Positions 44,873-53,666 of a stretch of 64,000 bases of DNA are shown piece after piece. The notes under the pieces are model-generated. The model did not search any database. It saw only the letters and a program-made list of their open reading frames with translations, and was not told where the DNA came from. The translations under genes were made by a program, and so were the position numbers. The stretch comes from Gemmatimonadales bacterium (GTDB lineage Bacteria; Gemmatimonadota; Gemmatimonadetes; Gemmatimonadales; GWC2-71-9): NCBI GenBank assembly GCA_048499805.1, contig JASNZF010000004.1:224067-288066 (forward strand), given 5' to 3'. The number at the start of each line of letters is the position of its first letter. The first letter of the stretch is position 1.

Positions 44873-46198
44873 ATGCGACTTCCCCATCCTGTGGTCCTGA
44901 TGCTGGCGGGGGTGGCGGTCGCCGCCGCCCTGACCTGGGTCCTGCCCGCTGGCGAGTTCGATCGCCAGGTAGACCCCGCCACCGGACGGCGGGTCGTGGT
45001 GGCCGGTACCTACCATGCGGTGGAGGCCGCCCCGGTCGGTCTCATGGGCGCAGCCGTGTCGGTGCCGCGTGGCCTCGTGGCGGCTGCCGAGGTGATTGCC
45101 GTGGTCCTCCTGGTGGGAGGGGCGTGGGTGGTGGTGGAGCGGGCGGGTACCCTGGGACGGGCGGTCACGGCGCTGGTGCGGCGGTTCCGGAACCGGGGAC
45201 TCCTGGCGATCCCGGTCATTGCCTTCCTGTTCGCCCTGATGGGAGCGTTGGAGAACATGGGGGAGGAGATCATCCCCCTGGTCCCCGTCCTCCTCCTTCT
45301 GGGCGCCGGGATCGGCGTCGATGCGGTGGTGGTGGTGGCCATCAGCGTCGGGGCGGCCGCGGTCGGCAGCGCGTTCGGCCCCACCAACCCCTTCCAGGCC
45401 GGCATTGCCCTCAAGCTCGCCGAACTCCCCCCGCTCTCGGGTGGCGCCCTCCGGCTCGGCATGCTGGTGGTGGGCTTCGGGGTCTGGGTGCTGTGGACGG
45501 TCCGCTACGCCGCCCGGAACCGGGTCACCCCGGTGGATCCGCCGGTTCAGGGCCAGGGAGGGGTGACCGGACGGGATGCCCTCATCCTGACCCTGGCGAT
45601 TGCCCCGATGCTGTTCTATGTCTACGGCGCCCTGAAGCTCGACTGGGGCTTCAACGAGCTGAGCGGGGTGTTCCTGATCTCGGGCGTCGCCATCGGCCTG
45701 CTGGCGCGGCTGGGGGTCGCCGGCACGACCGAGACCTTCCTGGAGGGGATGCAAGCCATGCTCCCGGCGGCGGTGATGGTCGGGGTGGCGCGGAGCATCT
45801 CCCTGGTGCTCGAGGACGGCCGGATCATCGACACCATCCTGCACGGCCTGGCGGTTCCCCTTGGGGCAGTGCCCGCCGGGGTCGCTGCTGTACTGATGGT
45901 GCCGTTCCACTCCATCCTGCACATCCCGGTGCCCAGTGTCAGTGGTCATGCGGTGCTGACCATGCCCGTCCTGGTCCCACTCTCCGACCTGCTCGGCCTC
46001 TCCCGCCAGGTTACGGTGCTGGCCTACCAGACCGGCGCCGGGCTGATGGACATGCTGGCTCCCACGAACGGGGTATTGATGGCGGTCCTCCTGGCTGCCA
46101 AGGTGCCATACCAGCGCTGGGTTCGCTTCGCGGCGGGTGGGTGGCTGCTGCTGACCCTGGTGGGGATTGGGGGGATTCTCGTGGCCCTGTTGAGCTGA
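44873..46198 (+). CDS. YfcC-family polytopic membrane transporter (putative amino-acid/C4-dicarboxylate carrier-like)
   Basis: 441 aa with about 12 TM. N-terminus MRLPHPVVLMLAGVAVAAALTWVLPAGEFDRQVDPATGRRVVVAGTYHAVEAAPVGL and internal Gly/Ala-rich helices resemble the YfcC family. Confidence 0.5.
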   Translation: MRLPHPVVLMLAGVAVAAALTWVLPAGEFDRQVDPATGRRVVVAGTYHAVEAAPVGLMGAAVSVPRGLVAAAEVIAVVLLVGGAWVVVERAGTLGRAVTALVRRFRNRGLLAIPVIAFLFALMGALENMGEEIIPLVPVLLLLGAGIGVDAVVVVAISVGAAAVGSAFGPTNPFQAGIALKLAELPPLSGGALRLGMLVVGFGVWVLWTVRYAARNRVTPVDPPVQGQGGVTGRDALILTLAIAPMLFYVYGALKLDWGFNELSGVFLISGVAIGLLARLGVAGTTETFLEGMQAMLPAAVMVGVARSISLVLEDGRIIDTILHGLAVPLGAVPAGVAAVLMVPFHSILHIPVPSVSGHAVLTMPVLVPLSDLLGLSRQVTVLAYQTGAGLMDMLAPTNGVLMAVLLAAKVPYQRWVRFAAGGWLLLTLVGIGGILVALLS

Positions 46199-46211
46199 GG
46201 AGGAAGGCCCG

Positions 46212-47144
46212 ATGCCAATGACGCAGGTGGCCGTTGTGCAGGCCAGGGTAGCGCCGGACCTGGCCACCGGACTGACACGCACCGCCGAGCTGACTGCCGA
46301 GGCTGCCGGTGCCGGGGCCACCCTGGTGGTGTTTCCGGAGACCTGGCTCCCGGGCTATCCCGCCTGGCTCGATGTCTGTCGAGACGTCGCGCTCTGGGAT
46401 CATGGACCGGTCAAGCAGGTCTTTGCCGCGATGGCGAGCCAGAGCGTGGTGGTGGCTGGTGCCTCAGGGGCAGCGCTGGGACGAGTGGCGAGCGATGCCG
46501 GGGTGACCCTGGTGGTGGGGGTGATCGAGCGACTGGAGGCCGGACCCGGGCGTAGTACCCTCTACAACTCCCTGCTGACCTATGGTCCGGACGGCCGCCT
46601 GCTCAATCACCATCGCAAGCTGGTTCCCACCTACACGGAGCGGATGGTCTGGGGCATTGGCGATGCCGAGGGTCTCCGGGCGGTGGACACACCGGTCGGG
46701 AGGGTCGGGGGGCTGATCTGCTGGGAGCACTGGATGCCGCTGGCTCGGCAGGCGATGCATGACTCGGGGGAGGACATCCACGTGGCAGTCTGGCCCACCG
46801 CGCACGAGATGCACCAGGTGGCCAGCCGGCAGTACGCCTTCGAGGGGCGTTGCTTCGTGCTGGCCGCCGGGAGCATTTCCCACGGGAGCGACCTGCCGGC
46901 CCAGCTCCAGCCGGATCCTGTCAGGGTGGCTGGCCCGGATGCGAGGGTACTGCGCGGGGGGAGTGCCATCATCGGCCCGGACGGGAACTACCTGGCAGGG
47001 CCCGTGTACGACGAGCCGACGATTCTCTACGCCGCGCTGGACCTCGACCGGGTGCGCCAGGAGGCGATGACCCTGGACGTGAGCGGGCACTACAGCCGCC
47101 CTGATTGCCTGGCACTGTCGGTCCACCGGGCGCGGCGGACTTGA
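46212..47144 (+). CDS. Nitrilase / carbon-nitrogen hydrolase family enzyme
   Basis: Catalytic Glu-Lys-Cys triad in the conserved contexts [20 protein letters not shown] and [11 protein letters not shown]. 310 aa. Confidence 0.85.
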   Translation: MPMTQVAVVQARVAPDLATGLTRTAELTAEAAGAGATLVVFPETWLPGYPAWLDVCRDVALWDHGPVKQVFAAMASQSVVVAGASGAALGRVASDAGVTLVVGVIERLEAGPGRSTLYNSLLTYGPDGRLLNHHRKLVPTYTERMVWGIGDAEGLRAVDTPVGRVGGLICWEHWMPLARQAMHDSGEDIHVAVWPTAHEMHQVASRQYAFEGRCFVLAAGSISHGSDLPAQLQPDPVRVAGPDARVLRGGSAIIGPDGNYLAGPVYDEPTILYAALDLDRVRQEAMTLDVSGHYSRPDCLALSVHRARRT

Positions 47145-47620
47145 GCATCCGCTGCCCCGCCGCGCTGGCCCTGCTGGCACTACTGGCGCTCGCCGGCTGC
47201 GGCGCGCCGCCGCCGCCGAGCCGGGCACCGGCGGGCCTGGTCGGCGACTGGGTCGACGATTACGACATTCGCTACACCATCTCCGACTCGCTCTGGTTCC
47301 AGCACCCCCGGTCGGGGTACCAGATTCTCCGGTGGGACAAGGACACCGCCGGGACATTCCTCGTGGCACGCAACCGGCCGGAAAACACCGCCAATGGGGG
47401 CCTGTACACCCGGATCGACTGGGTTGCACTGCCGGAATCCCCGCCGTGGGAATGGGCGTTCTGCCTCACGACCTGGGATGCCAACAGCGCTGCGGGGGCC
47501 GCCGCGGCGCCCACGCCGGACCGGACCACCCTGCGGACCGGGTGCGGCGGCCACCCCTTCTCACGGATGCGGCGGGTTCCGGCGGACTCCCTCCTCCCTG
47601 GAGGCGGCGGGGATCCCTGA
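47141..47620 (+). CDS. Hypothetical lipoprotein. Probable TTG start at 47141 overlapping the nitrilase stop (TTGA); the ORF track starts at 47105.
   Basis: [24 protein letters not shown] is a lipoprotein signal. No recognisable domain. Confidence 0.4.
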   Translation: MSIRCPAALALLALLALAGCGAPPPPSRAPAGLVGDWVDDYDIRYTISDSLWFQHPRSGYQILRWDKDTAGTFLVARNRPENTANGGLYTRIDWVALPESPPWEWAFCLTTWDANSAAGAAAAPTPDRTTLRTGCGGHPFSRMRRVPADSLLPGGGGDP

Positions 47621-48166
47621 GGCCAGCACCTCGAGCAACCGCTCGAAGCTCAGGTCGAAGTCCACCGGGCGCCCGAAGCCATTGCCCTGCTCGAGGCTGG
47701 CAAATCCATGCAGGGCGCTCCGGACGATACGGGTCTGGTGAATCATCTCCCCCGGCGGGACTCCCATCTCGCTCAGGCACGCCACCACCGGCATGGCGAT
47801 CTCGGCCAGCCCCAGATAGAGCGTCGTGTCCCCTTCCTCAGGGGTGACAGCGTGGACCGCCTCGTACCCCCCGGGGTGCTGGCGGGCGTAGCGCAGGTAG
47901 GCCCGGCAGAGCCCCTCGAGGGCGGCAGGCCCGTAGAGCCCGCCGCGCCCTTCCCGGAGCTGCCGCGCCAGTTCCGCTGCCGCCTCGAGGCAAAGGGCTC
48001 TCTGGAGGGCTCCCAGCCCGTCGAAGTGGGCGTACAGGGAGGGGGACCGTACCCCGAGGGCCGCGGCGACCCCCGCCAGGCTGACACCGGCGAAGCCGTC
48101 CCGATCCGCGATTTCGGCAGCGGCCGCCAGTACCCGTTGGGGGGTGAGCCCGATCTTGCGCGCCAT
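47561..48166 (-). CDS. TetR/AcrR-family transcriptional regulator
   Basis: N-terminal HTH GLTPQRVLAAAAEIADRDGFAGVSLAGVAAALGVRSPSLYAHF. 201 aa. Divergent from a YceI gene, a common TetR-YceI pairing. Confidence 0.85.
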   Translation of the reverse strand: MARKIGLTPQRVLAAAAEIADRDGFAGVSLAGVAAALGVRSPSLYAHFDGLGALQRALCLEAAAELARQLREGRGGLYGPAALEGLCRAYLRYARQHPGGYEAVHAVTPEEGDTTLYLGLAEIAMPVVACLSEMGVPPGEMIHQTRIVRSALHGFASLEQGNGFGRPVDFDLSFERLLEVLASGIPAASREEGVRRNPPHP

Positions 48167-48291
48167 GGGTAGGGATTCCGGTGGTAGGCTAAGTTGCTGT
48201 TGCCAATCTGTTTAACTGGTTCCTAACGTAGATAGTTGTTGAAGCCTAAGCAAGATAGGCATGAACCGGTGGCAAGCCGTGGATCGGCTCG

Positions 48292-48326
48292 GTTGACAGC
48301 AGCCCCCAGGGAGTGGAGTATTGAGA
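48292..48326 (+). promoter_or_regulatory. Candidate sigma70-like promoter (TTGACA-N18-AGTATT) for the small ORF at 48357
   Basis: TTGACA at 48292 is a perfect -35. AGTATT/TATTGA sits about 18 nt downstream. The region is locally AT-rich. Confidence 0.3.
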
Positions 48327-48356
48327 TGGAGGGTTCCGACCACCCGAGGAGGCAGG

Positions 48357-48533
48357 ATGTCCAAGAAGGAAGACCAGCGGATCGCGGCATTGGCCCGGAA
48401 GAATGCCGCCAAGTCCAAGGCCCCCACGAAGGACCGCACCACCCAATACGACGATACGCTACGGATCCGGCCACAGGAGCAGGATCCAGAGAATCGGCGC
48501 TTCTTCAAGGAAATGAAGAAGCGAGAGTTTTAG
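48357..48533 (+). CDS. Small highly basic hypothetical protein (58 aa) inside a low-GC island
   Basis: MSKKEDQRIAALARKNAAKSKAPTKDRTTQYDDTLRIRPQEQDPENRRFFKEMKKREF. Strong RBS GAGGAGG 5 nt upstream of the ATG. Confidence 0.45.
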   Translation: MSKKEDQRIAALARKNAAKSKAPTKDRTTQYDDTLRIRPQEQDPENRRFFKEMKKREF

Positions 48534-48773
48534 TCGCCAACCCATTCCATTAGAACAACTTGGCATTTCTCGTTCATTATTGTCGAGCCGTGTCTTTCTT
48601 GTTTTATATATATGACCGGCTCATTCATGTTTACTATTCGGCAATGGACCTGCCGCCCTGTGCACCTCGCGACGCCCGGATCGTTTAACACCTGAACCTC
48701 CATTGCCGTATCTGAAACATCCGGTTGGTTCGCAGCCGGCACCGTTCACTGACCCGCGCCAACGAGAGTCGAC

Positions 48774-49427
48774 ATGAAGTTGCTTGCCCACCTGCCCTCC
48801 CAGAGCCTCGCCCTGGTCGCCCTCCTTTCCCTGCCCGCGAGTGCGGGAGCCGCAGTGCCCTCGGGCCCCGCGCTGGGGGGGCAGGCCGACACCACGCGCT
48901 ACGTCGTGGCTCCAGATGGCAACGAGGCCCGCTACCGGGTGCGGGAGCAACTGGTCGGGGTGAGCTTCCCCAACGATGCCGTGGGTGTGACCAAGGCGAT
49001 CACCGGGATGATCACCGTCGATCCCGCCGGCCGGGTGGTTCCCGGTGGTTCGGTGATCACGGTGGACCTGGTATCGATGGCGAGCGACCGGGACATGCGT
49101 GACGGGTACGTACGCCGCAACACCCTCGTGACCGAGACCTATCCCAGCGTGGTCCTCAGGCCCACCGAGCTTCGCGGGCTGCCGTGGCCCCTGCCCGCCG
49201 CGGGTTCGGTCACCTTCCAGCTGGTCGGGAACCTCACGGTTAAGGATGTCACCCGCTCCACCACCTGGGACGTGACCCTCACGGTGGCGGGGAACACCCT
49301 GTCGGGGAGCGCCAGTACGAGCTTTACCTTCGAGGAGTTCGGACTCACCAAGCCGCGGGTGGCCCGGGTGATGAGCGTGGAGGACACCATCAAGCTCGAG
49401 TACGACCTCAAGCTGGTCCGCCAGTAA
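48774..49427 (+). CDS. YceI-family periplasmic (polyisoprenoid-binding) protein
   Basis: Signal peptide MKLLAHLPSQSLALVALLSLPASAGA. YceI-like core (...ARYRVREQLVGVSFPNDAVGVTKAITGMITVD..., ...TFQLVGNLTVKDVTRSTTWDVTLT...TFEEFGL). Confidence 0.8.
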   Translation: MKLLAHLPSQSLALVALLSLPASAGAAVPSGPALGGQADTTRYVVAPDGNEARYRVREQLVGVSFPNDAVGVTKAITGMITVDPAGRVVPGGSVITVDLVSMASDRDMRDGYVRRNTLVTETYPSVVLRPTELRGLPWPLPAAGSVTFQLVGNLTVKDVTRSTTWDVTLTVAGNTLSGSASTSFTFEEFGLTKPRVARVMSVEDTIKLEYDLKLVRQ

Positions 49428-49554
49428 CCCGCGCCTCCGCTCCGCAACGCCCCCGGCGGTGCTCCTCGCACCGCCGGGGGCGTGGTGCATCGTGGCCCTC
49501 GCTGGCGCTGGCTGAAGCGCAGGGGAGGCCGTAGACTAGGGGCTGGTCCCAGCC

Positions 49555-51354
49555 TTGAACGCGCCCGCCAAGGAAGCCCCCATGCCTGGTTCCCGATCCC
49601 TGACCCTGGTGGTCCTCGGCCTGCTCGCGGGATGCACTCCTGCCGGTCCCGATGCCGACCTCCTCATCGTCAACGCCCGGATCTGGACCGGCGATTCGGC
49701 AGCGCCGTGGGCCCAGGCACTTGCCGTGCGTGGGGACCGGCTCCTCGCGGTGGGGGACCGGGCGGCCGCCAACCGGCACCGCGGGGGCCAGACCCGGGTC
49801 ATCGATGCCGCTGGGCGATTGATCACGCCGGGTTTCATCGACAACCACACCCACTTCGGACAGGCTGGCGCGCTGCTCCTGGGGGTGAACCTGCTGGACG
49901 TGGCCACCGCCGACTCCCTTGTGGCCAGGGTCCGTGGAGCGCGGGACCGGCTTCCCGATGGCGCCTGGGTGACCGGCGGCGACTGGGGCGCCTATGAGGA
50001 TTGGGAGGCCGGGAGCAGCGGGAGCGTGTCGACGACTGCTTCCGGGGAGCGGTTCAGCCCGGAGCGCAGCCTGATCGATTCGATCACCCCGGCCACCGGG
50101 GTCCTGCTGCAGCGCTGGGACCGGTCGGCGTTCCTGGCAAATGGGGTGGCGCTGGCGGCGGCGGGATTGGACTGTGGCGCCTCGGTCGAGGGGCTCGAGT
50201 GTGTGGACGGGGTGCCCACCGGACGGGTGGCAGGTGTGGCGCTGGCCCGGGTGCGGCAGGCCATGCCGGCCAAGCACGTTGAACAGCGGCTGCGTGAGGC
50301 CCGGGTGGCGCTGGCACACCTGGCCGAACTCGGTGTCACCGGCATCAATGACATCACCGGCCCGGATCAGCTGCCGGTCTACCATGCCCTGAAGGAAAGG
50401 GGCGAACTCACCGTCCGGGTATATGCGCGGCCCACCCTCGACAAATGGGACGAGCTCACGGCGGTGGGAATTCCGCACGGATTCGGCGACGCCTGGCTGC
50501 GCATCGGCGGGCTCAAGGGGTTCGTGGACGGCATTCAGGGCAACTCGACGGCCCGGTTCTACGAACCGCAGCTCCACTCCGGGCTGCGGGGCAGCTGGCG
50601 TGATTCGACCAATACCGGCGCCAGTTCGGGTCCCGGGTCGGGGATGGAGCCGGCCGGGAACATGCAACGCAACCTCCTCGGCGCGGACCGGGCCGGCCTC
50701 TGGCCGCAAGTCCATGCGATCGGGGACGAGGCCATCGACACCCTGCTCACCCTCTACGAGCAGGTGATGGAGGAGAACCCGGCCCGGGAGCGTCGCTATC
50801 GCATCATCCACTCCCAGGTCCTGCGCGGCCCCGAGGTGGCCCGGCGATACGCGCGGAACGGCATCATCGCGGAGGTGCAGCCGTACCATGCGATCGATGA
50901 CATGCGCTGGATGGAGGAGCGGATCGGGGAGCGCTCGCGCTGGGCGTATGCCTTCCGGACCCTCCATGACGCGGGCGTCCTGCTGACCTTTGGATCCGAT
51001 TGGCCGGGGACCAACGCCTCCTGGTACACGGCCAACCCGATGCAGATCCTCTACGCCGCCCTGACGCGCCAGACCCTGGACGGCGAGCCGGCCGGGGGAT
51101 GGTATCCCGAGGAACGGCTCGACCTCGAGGTGGCCCTCCGGGCCTACACCGCCAACAATGCCTGGGCCGAGGGGGCCGAAGCGGACAAGGGGCGGCTGCG
51201 GACGGGGATGCTGGCCGATTTCGTGATGCTGGACCGCAATCTCTTCGAGATCCCGCCCGAGGCGATCAAGGATGTCCGGGTGCTCCTGACGGTGGTTGGA
51301 GGCCGGATCGTGCATGCCCAGGAGGGGCTGGAGGCCAGCGACACCGTGCGATAG
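49555..51354 (+). CDS. Amidohydrolase-3-family metal-dependent hydrolase, lipoprotein
   Basis: Lipoprotein signal (MPGSRSLTLVVLGLLAGC; the alternative start is 49582). ...LIVNARIWTGD...VIDAAGRLITPGFIDNHTHF... and the C-terminal ...LTFGSDWPG...ADFVMLD... are Amidohydro_3 hallmarks. Confidence 0.8.
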   Translation: MNAPAKEAPMPGSRSLTLVVLGLLAGCTPAGPDADLLIVNARIWTGDSAAPWAQALAVRGDRLLAVGDRAAANRHRGGQTRVIDAAGRLITPGFIDNHTHFGQAGALLLGVNLLDVATADSLVARVRGARDRLPDGAWVTGGDWGAYEDWEAGSSGSVSTTASGERFSPERSLIDSITPATGVLLQRWDRSAFLANGVALAAAGLDCGASVEGLECVDGVPTGRVAGVALARVRQAMPAKHVEQRLREARVALAHLAELGVTGINDITGPDQLPVYHALKERGELTVRVYARPTLDKWDELTAVGIPHGFGDAWLRIGGLKGFVDGIQGNSTARFYEPQLHSGLRGSWRDSTNTGASSGPGSGMEPAGNMQRNLLGADRAGLWPQVHAIGDEAIDTLLTLYEQVMEENPARERRYRIIHSQVLRGPEVARRYARNGIIAEVQPYHAIDDMRWMEERIGERSRWAYAFRTLHDAGVLLTFGSDWPGTNASWYTANPMQILYAALTRQTLDGEPAGGWYPEERLDLEVALRAYTANNAWAEGAEADKGRLRTGMLADFVMLDRNLFEIPPEAIKDVRVLLTVVGGRIVHAQEGLEASDTVR

Positions 51355-51519
51355 CGCCTGGCGGGCGTGACGGGCCGCACCCAGTCGGCCAAGTCCCTGC
51401 AGCCCAAACGGTTACACGGTGTTTACCCGGCAGGGGTGGTGTCGCTCCCCGCGCTCCGCTAAACTCCCATGTTGTGAGGGAGACGCAGGTCAGGGTACCG
51501 TAACCGAAGGAGGCTTGGC

Positions 51520-51771
51520 ATGGATTGGTCAGATGTGCTGCGGGACGCAGGTCGGCAGAACCGGAGGGTCCGGATTCGTTTCTCGTATCCCGGGGCCTCG
51601 GATGGCAATGTGGAGTACGAGCGGGAGATGGAACCCTACAAGATCGAAAACGGCCAGCTGGTGGCCTATTCATATTACCGCGGCGGGTTTCGCACGGTCG
51701 ACATCGACCGGATCATCAATGTCCAGCTGCGCCCGGAATCGTTCGAGCCCCGGCGCGCGGTCGAGCTGTAG
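51520..51771 (+). CDS. Stand-alone WYL-domain protein (83 aa)
   Basis: RRVRIRFSYPGASDGNVEYEREMEPYKIENGQLVAYSYYRGGFRTVDIDRIINVQLRPESFEPR follows the WYL consensus (rrvrirY..g..teR.veP..l.....WYLvAy....g..RtFrldRI.sv.l..e.F). Strong RBS AAGGAGG 7 nt upstream. Confidence 0.65.
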   Translation: MDWSDVLRDAGRQNRRVRIRFSYPGASDGNVEYEREMEPYKIENGQLVAYSYYRGGFRTVDIDRIINVQLRPESFEPRRAVEL

Positions 51772-52279
51772 GACCGCCCTGAGCGACACCGCAGCTCCCG
51801 TCACCGTTCGTCCCGCTACGGTCGCGGACGTTCCCCAGATCCTGGCCTTCATCCGGGGGCTCGCCGAATACGAGCGGCTCCCGGACCAGGTCGTGGCCAC
51901 CGAGGCCCGGCTGCGTGCCACCCTCTTCGGGCCCACCCCGGCGGCCGAGGTGCTCCTGGCGTACCTGGGCGCCGAGCCGGCGGGCTTCGCGCTGTTCTTC
52001 CAGAACTACTCGACCTTCCTGGCCCGCCCCGGGATCTACCTCGAGGACCTCTTTGTCCTGCCGGAGTACCGGGGACGGGGCATCGGCAAGGTCCTGCTTC
52101 GCGCCCTGGCCCGCCTTGCGGTCGAGCGCGACTGTGGACGGCTGGAATGGTCGGTGCTCGACTGGAACGCCGACGCCATCGGCTTCTACCGGAAGCTCGG
52201 CGCGGTTGCGATGGATGACTGGACGGTCTTCCGGTTGACGGGCAATGCGCTGAGCGACCTGGCCGAGGAGGGTTTCTGA
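51719..52279 (+). CDS. GNAT-family N-acetyltransferase. The start is uncertain: the first in-frame ATG, at 51719, lies 53 nt inside the WYL gene.
   Basis: GNAT core VRPATVADVPQILAFIRGLAEYERL...FVLPEYRGRGIGKVLLRALARLAVERDCGRLEWSVLDWNADAIGFYRKLGA. No ATG, GTG or TTG lies between the WYL stop (51771) and the conserved GNAT N-terminus. Confidence 0.6.
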   Translation: MSSCARNRSSPGARSSCRTALSDTAAPVTVRPATVADVPQILAFIRGLAEYERLPDQVVATEARLRATLFGPTPAAEVLLAYLGAEPAGFALFFQNYSTFLARPGIYLEDLFVLPEYRGRGIGKVLLRALARLAVERDCGRLEWSVLDWNADAIGFYRKLGAVAMDDWTVFRLTGNALSDLAEEGF

Positions 52280-52572
52280 TGCGATACGAAGTCCGGCTCG
52301 AGGCCGATCCCTCGATGGCACCCGCCATCGAGGCCTACATGCGTGGCACCCACATTCCCGAGATCATGGCCACCGGCTGCTTCCAGCGGGCCCACTTCGA
52401 CCGGGCGGAATCGGGGGTGTTCCGCACCACCTACGTGGCAGCGACCCGGGCCGATTTCGACCGCTACATCGCCGAGCACTTCGCCCGGTTCCGCGAGGCG
52501 TTCCTGGTCCAGTTCCCGTCGGGCATCATTCCCGCCCGGGAGCTGTTCACTGAACTGGAAGCGTGGCCCTGA
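52279..52572 (+). CDS. DUF4286-family protein (97 aa)
   Basis: MRYEVRLEADPSMAPAIEAYMRGTHIPEIMATGCF...FRTTYVAATRADFDRYIAEHFARFREAFLVQF matches the DUF4286 pattern (MIxYxVxVxVDxxIExEWLxWMxxEHIPxVMATGxF). The start overlaps the GNAT stop (TGATG). Confidence 0.65.
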   Translation: MRYEVRLEADPSMAPAIEAYMRGTHIPEIMATGCFQRAHFDRAESGVFRTTYVAATRADFDRYIAEHFARFREAFLVQFPSGIIPARELFTELEAWP

Positions 52573-52573
52573 G

Positions 52574-53461
52574 GTGGCACGATCATCCCGGAAGGCCGCG
52601 TCCCCCACCCCCACCCACCGTTCCCCCCGGGTCCGGCGCTCGGCCGAGCCGCCGCCGCCTCGTCCGAAGCTCAAGCGCAAGGCGTACGAGCAGGAGCTGG
52701 AGCGGCTGCAGGGGGAGCTCGTCAAGCTGCAGTACTGGGTCAAGGAGACCCGGGCCAAGGTTGTGGTGGTGTTCGAGGGCCGGGACGGGGCGGGGAAAGG
52801 TGGGGTCATCAAGCGGATCCTGGAGCGGGTCAGCCCACGGGTGTTCCGGGTGGAGGCACTGCCGGCGCCCGATGAGCGTGAGCGCAGCCAGATGTACATG
52901 CAGCGGTACATCTCCCGTCTCCCTGCCGGCGGTGAGGTGGTGATCTTCGATCGCAGCTGGTACAACCGGCTGGGGGTGGAGAAGGTGATGGGGTTCTGCA
53001 CCGACCAGGAGTACCGGGCGTTCCTGCACGACTGCCCCTGGCACGAGGCGGAGATGATCGAGTCGGGGATCCACCTGGTGAAGTACTGGCTGGATGTCAG
53101 CCCCGAGGAACAGACCCGGCGGTTTCGCGAGCGGATGACCGATCCGCGCAAGATCTGGAAGCTCGGTCCGATCGACCTCGAGGCCCACCGCCGGTGGTGG
53201 GAGTACACCGCGGCCCGAGAGGCGATGTTCGCGGCCACCGACACCGAGGTCGCGCCCTGGTACGTGATCCCGAGCGACGACAAGCGCCGGGCCCGGATCG
53301 ATTGCATTGGCCACCTCCTGAGCGTGCTACCCTATGCCGACCTGACCGGGGGAAAGGTGCCCGCCCGCCTGCCGGCGCGGCGGCCCAGGCCCCGGGGAAT
53401 GCGGGAGTCGGGGCATCGGTATCGGTGGGTGCTGGGTGGGGAGGTGAGAGGTGAGAGGTGA
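52574..53461 (+). CDS. ppk2: Polyphosphate kinase 2 (PPK2 family). Probable GTG start 1 nt after the DUF4286 stop.
   Basis: PPK2 core (KLKRKAYEQELERLQGELVKLQYWVKETRAKVVVVFEGRDGAGKGGVIKRILERVSPRVFRVEALPAPDERERSQMYMQRYISRLPAGGEVVIFDRSWYNR...) with Walker A GRDGAGKGG. The ORF track begins at 52343 but is out of frame with DUF4286 there. The last 11 codons are read from the GGTRAGA repeat. Confidence 0.8.
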   Translation: MARSSRKAASPTPTHRSPRVRRSAEPPPPRPKLKRKAYEQELERLQGELVKLQYWVKETRAKVVVVFEGRDGAGKGGVIKRILERVSPRVFRVEALPAPDERERSQMYMQRYISRLPAGGEVVIFDRSWYNRLGVEKVMGFCTDQEYRAFLHDCPWHEAEMIESGIHLVKYWLDVSPEEQTRRFRERMTDPRKIWKLGPIDLEAHRRWWEYTAAREAMFAATDTEVAPWYVIPSDDKRRARIDCIGHLLSVLPYADLTGGKVPARLPARRPRPRGMRESGHRYRWVLGGEVRGER

Positions 53462-53515
53462 GGGGTGAGAGGTAAGAGGTAAGAGGTAAGAGGTAAGAAG
53501 GGAGAAGGGAGAAGT
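53430..53515 (+). repeat. Purine-rich heptamer array (GGTRAGA)n overlapping the 3' end of ppk2
   Basis: ggtggggaggtgagaggtgagaggtgaggggtgagaggtaagaggtaagaggtaagaggtaagaagggagaagggagaag. Confidence 0.8.
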
Positions 53516-53666
53516 CTGCCGTAGGCCTGGCGCGGGGGGGGGGCGTGGCGTGGTTCGGCTGGCCTTGCGGGGGGTCGGGCCGGGCGGTAGCCTCCTCGTG
53601 CGATTCGGCCGGCTCCCAGTCGCCGCCCCGCCATCGTTCCGCGCACCTGCCCCAGGGAACTCGCCC

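Noticed and set aside
48170-48300. Possible tRNA or other structured RNA gene in the low-GC island
   Set aside because: No T-loop/acceptor hallmark (GGTTCGAAT/CC-like) or cloverleaf-compatible pairing was found by eye. Kept only as a generic ncRNA possibility in the finding.
51719-52279. The WYL-GNAT pair as a GNAT toxin / small antitoxin type II TA module
   Set aside because: The GNAT resembles housekeeping SSAT/RimI-type acetyltransferases (EWSVLDWNADAIGFYRKLGA) rather than TacT/AtaT-like toxins. WYL is not a known antitoxin fold. Retained only as a remote alternative.
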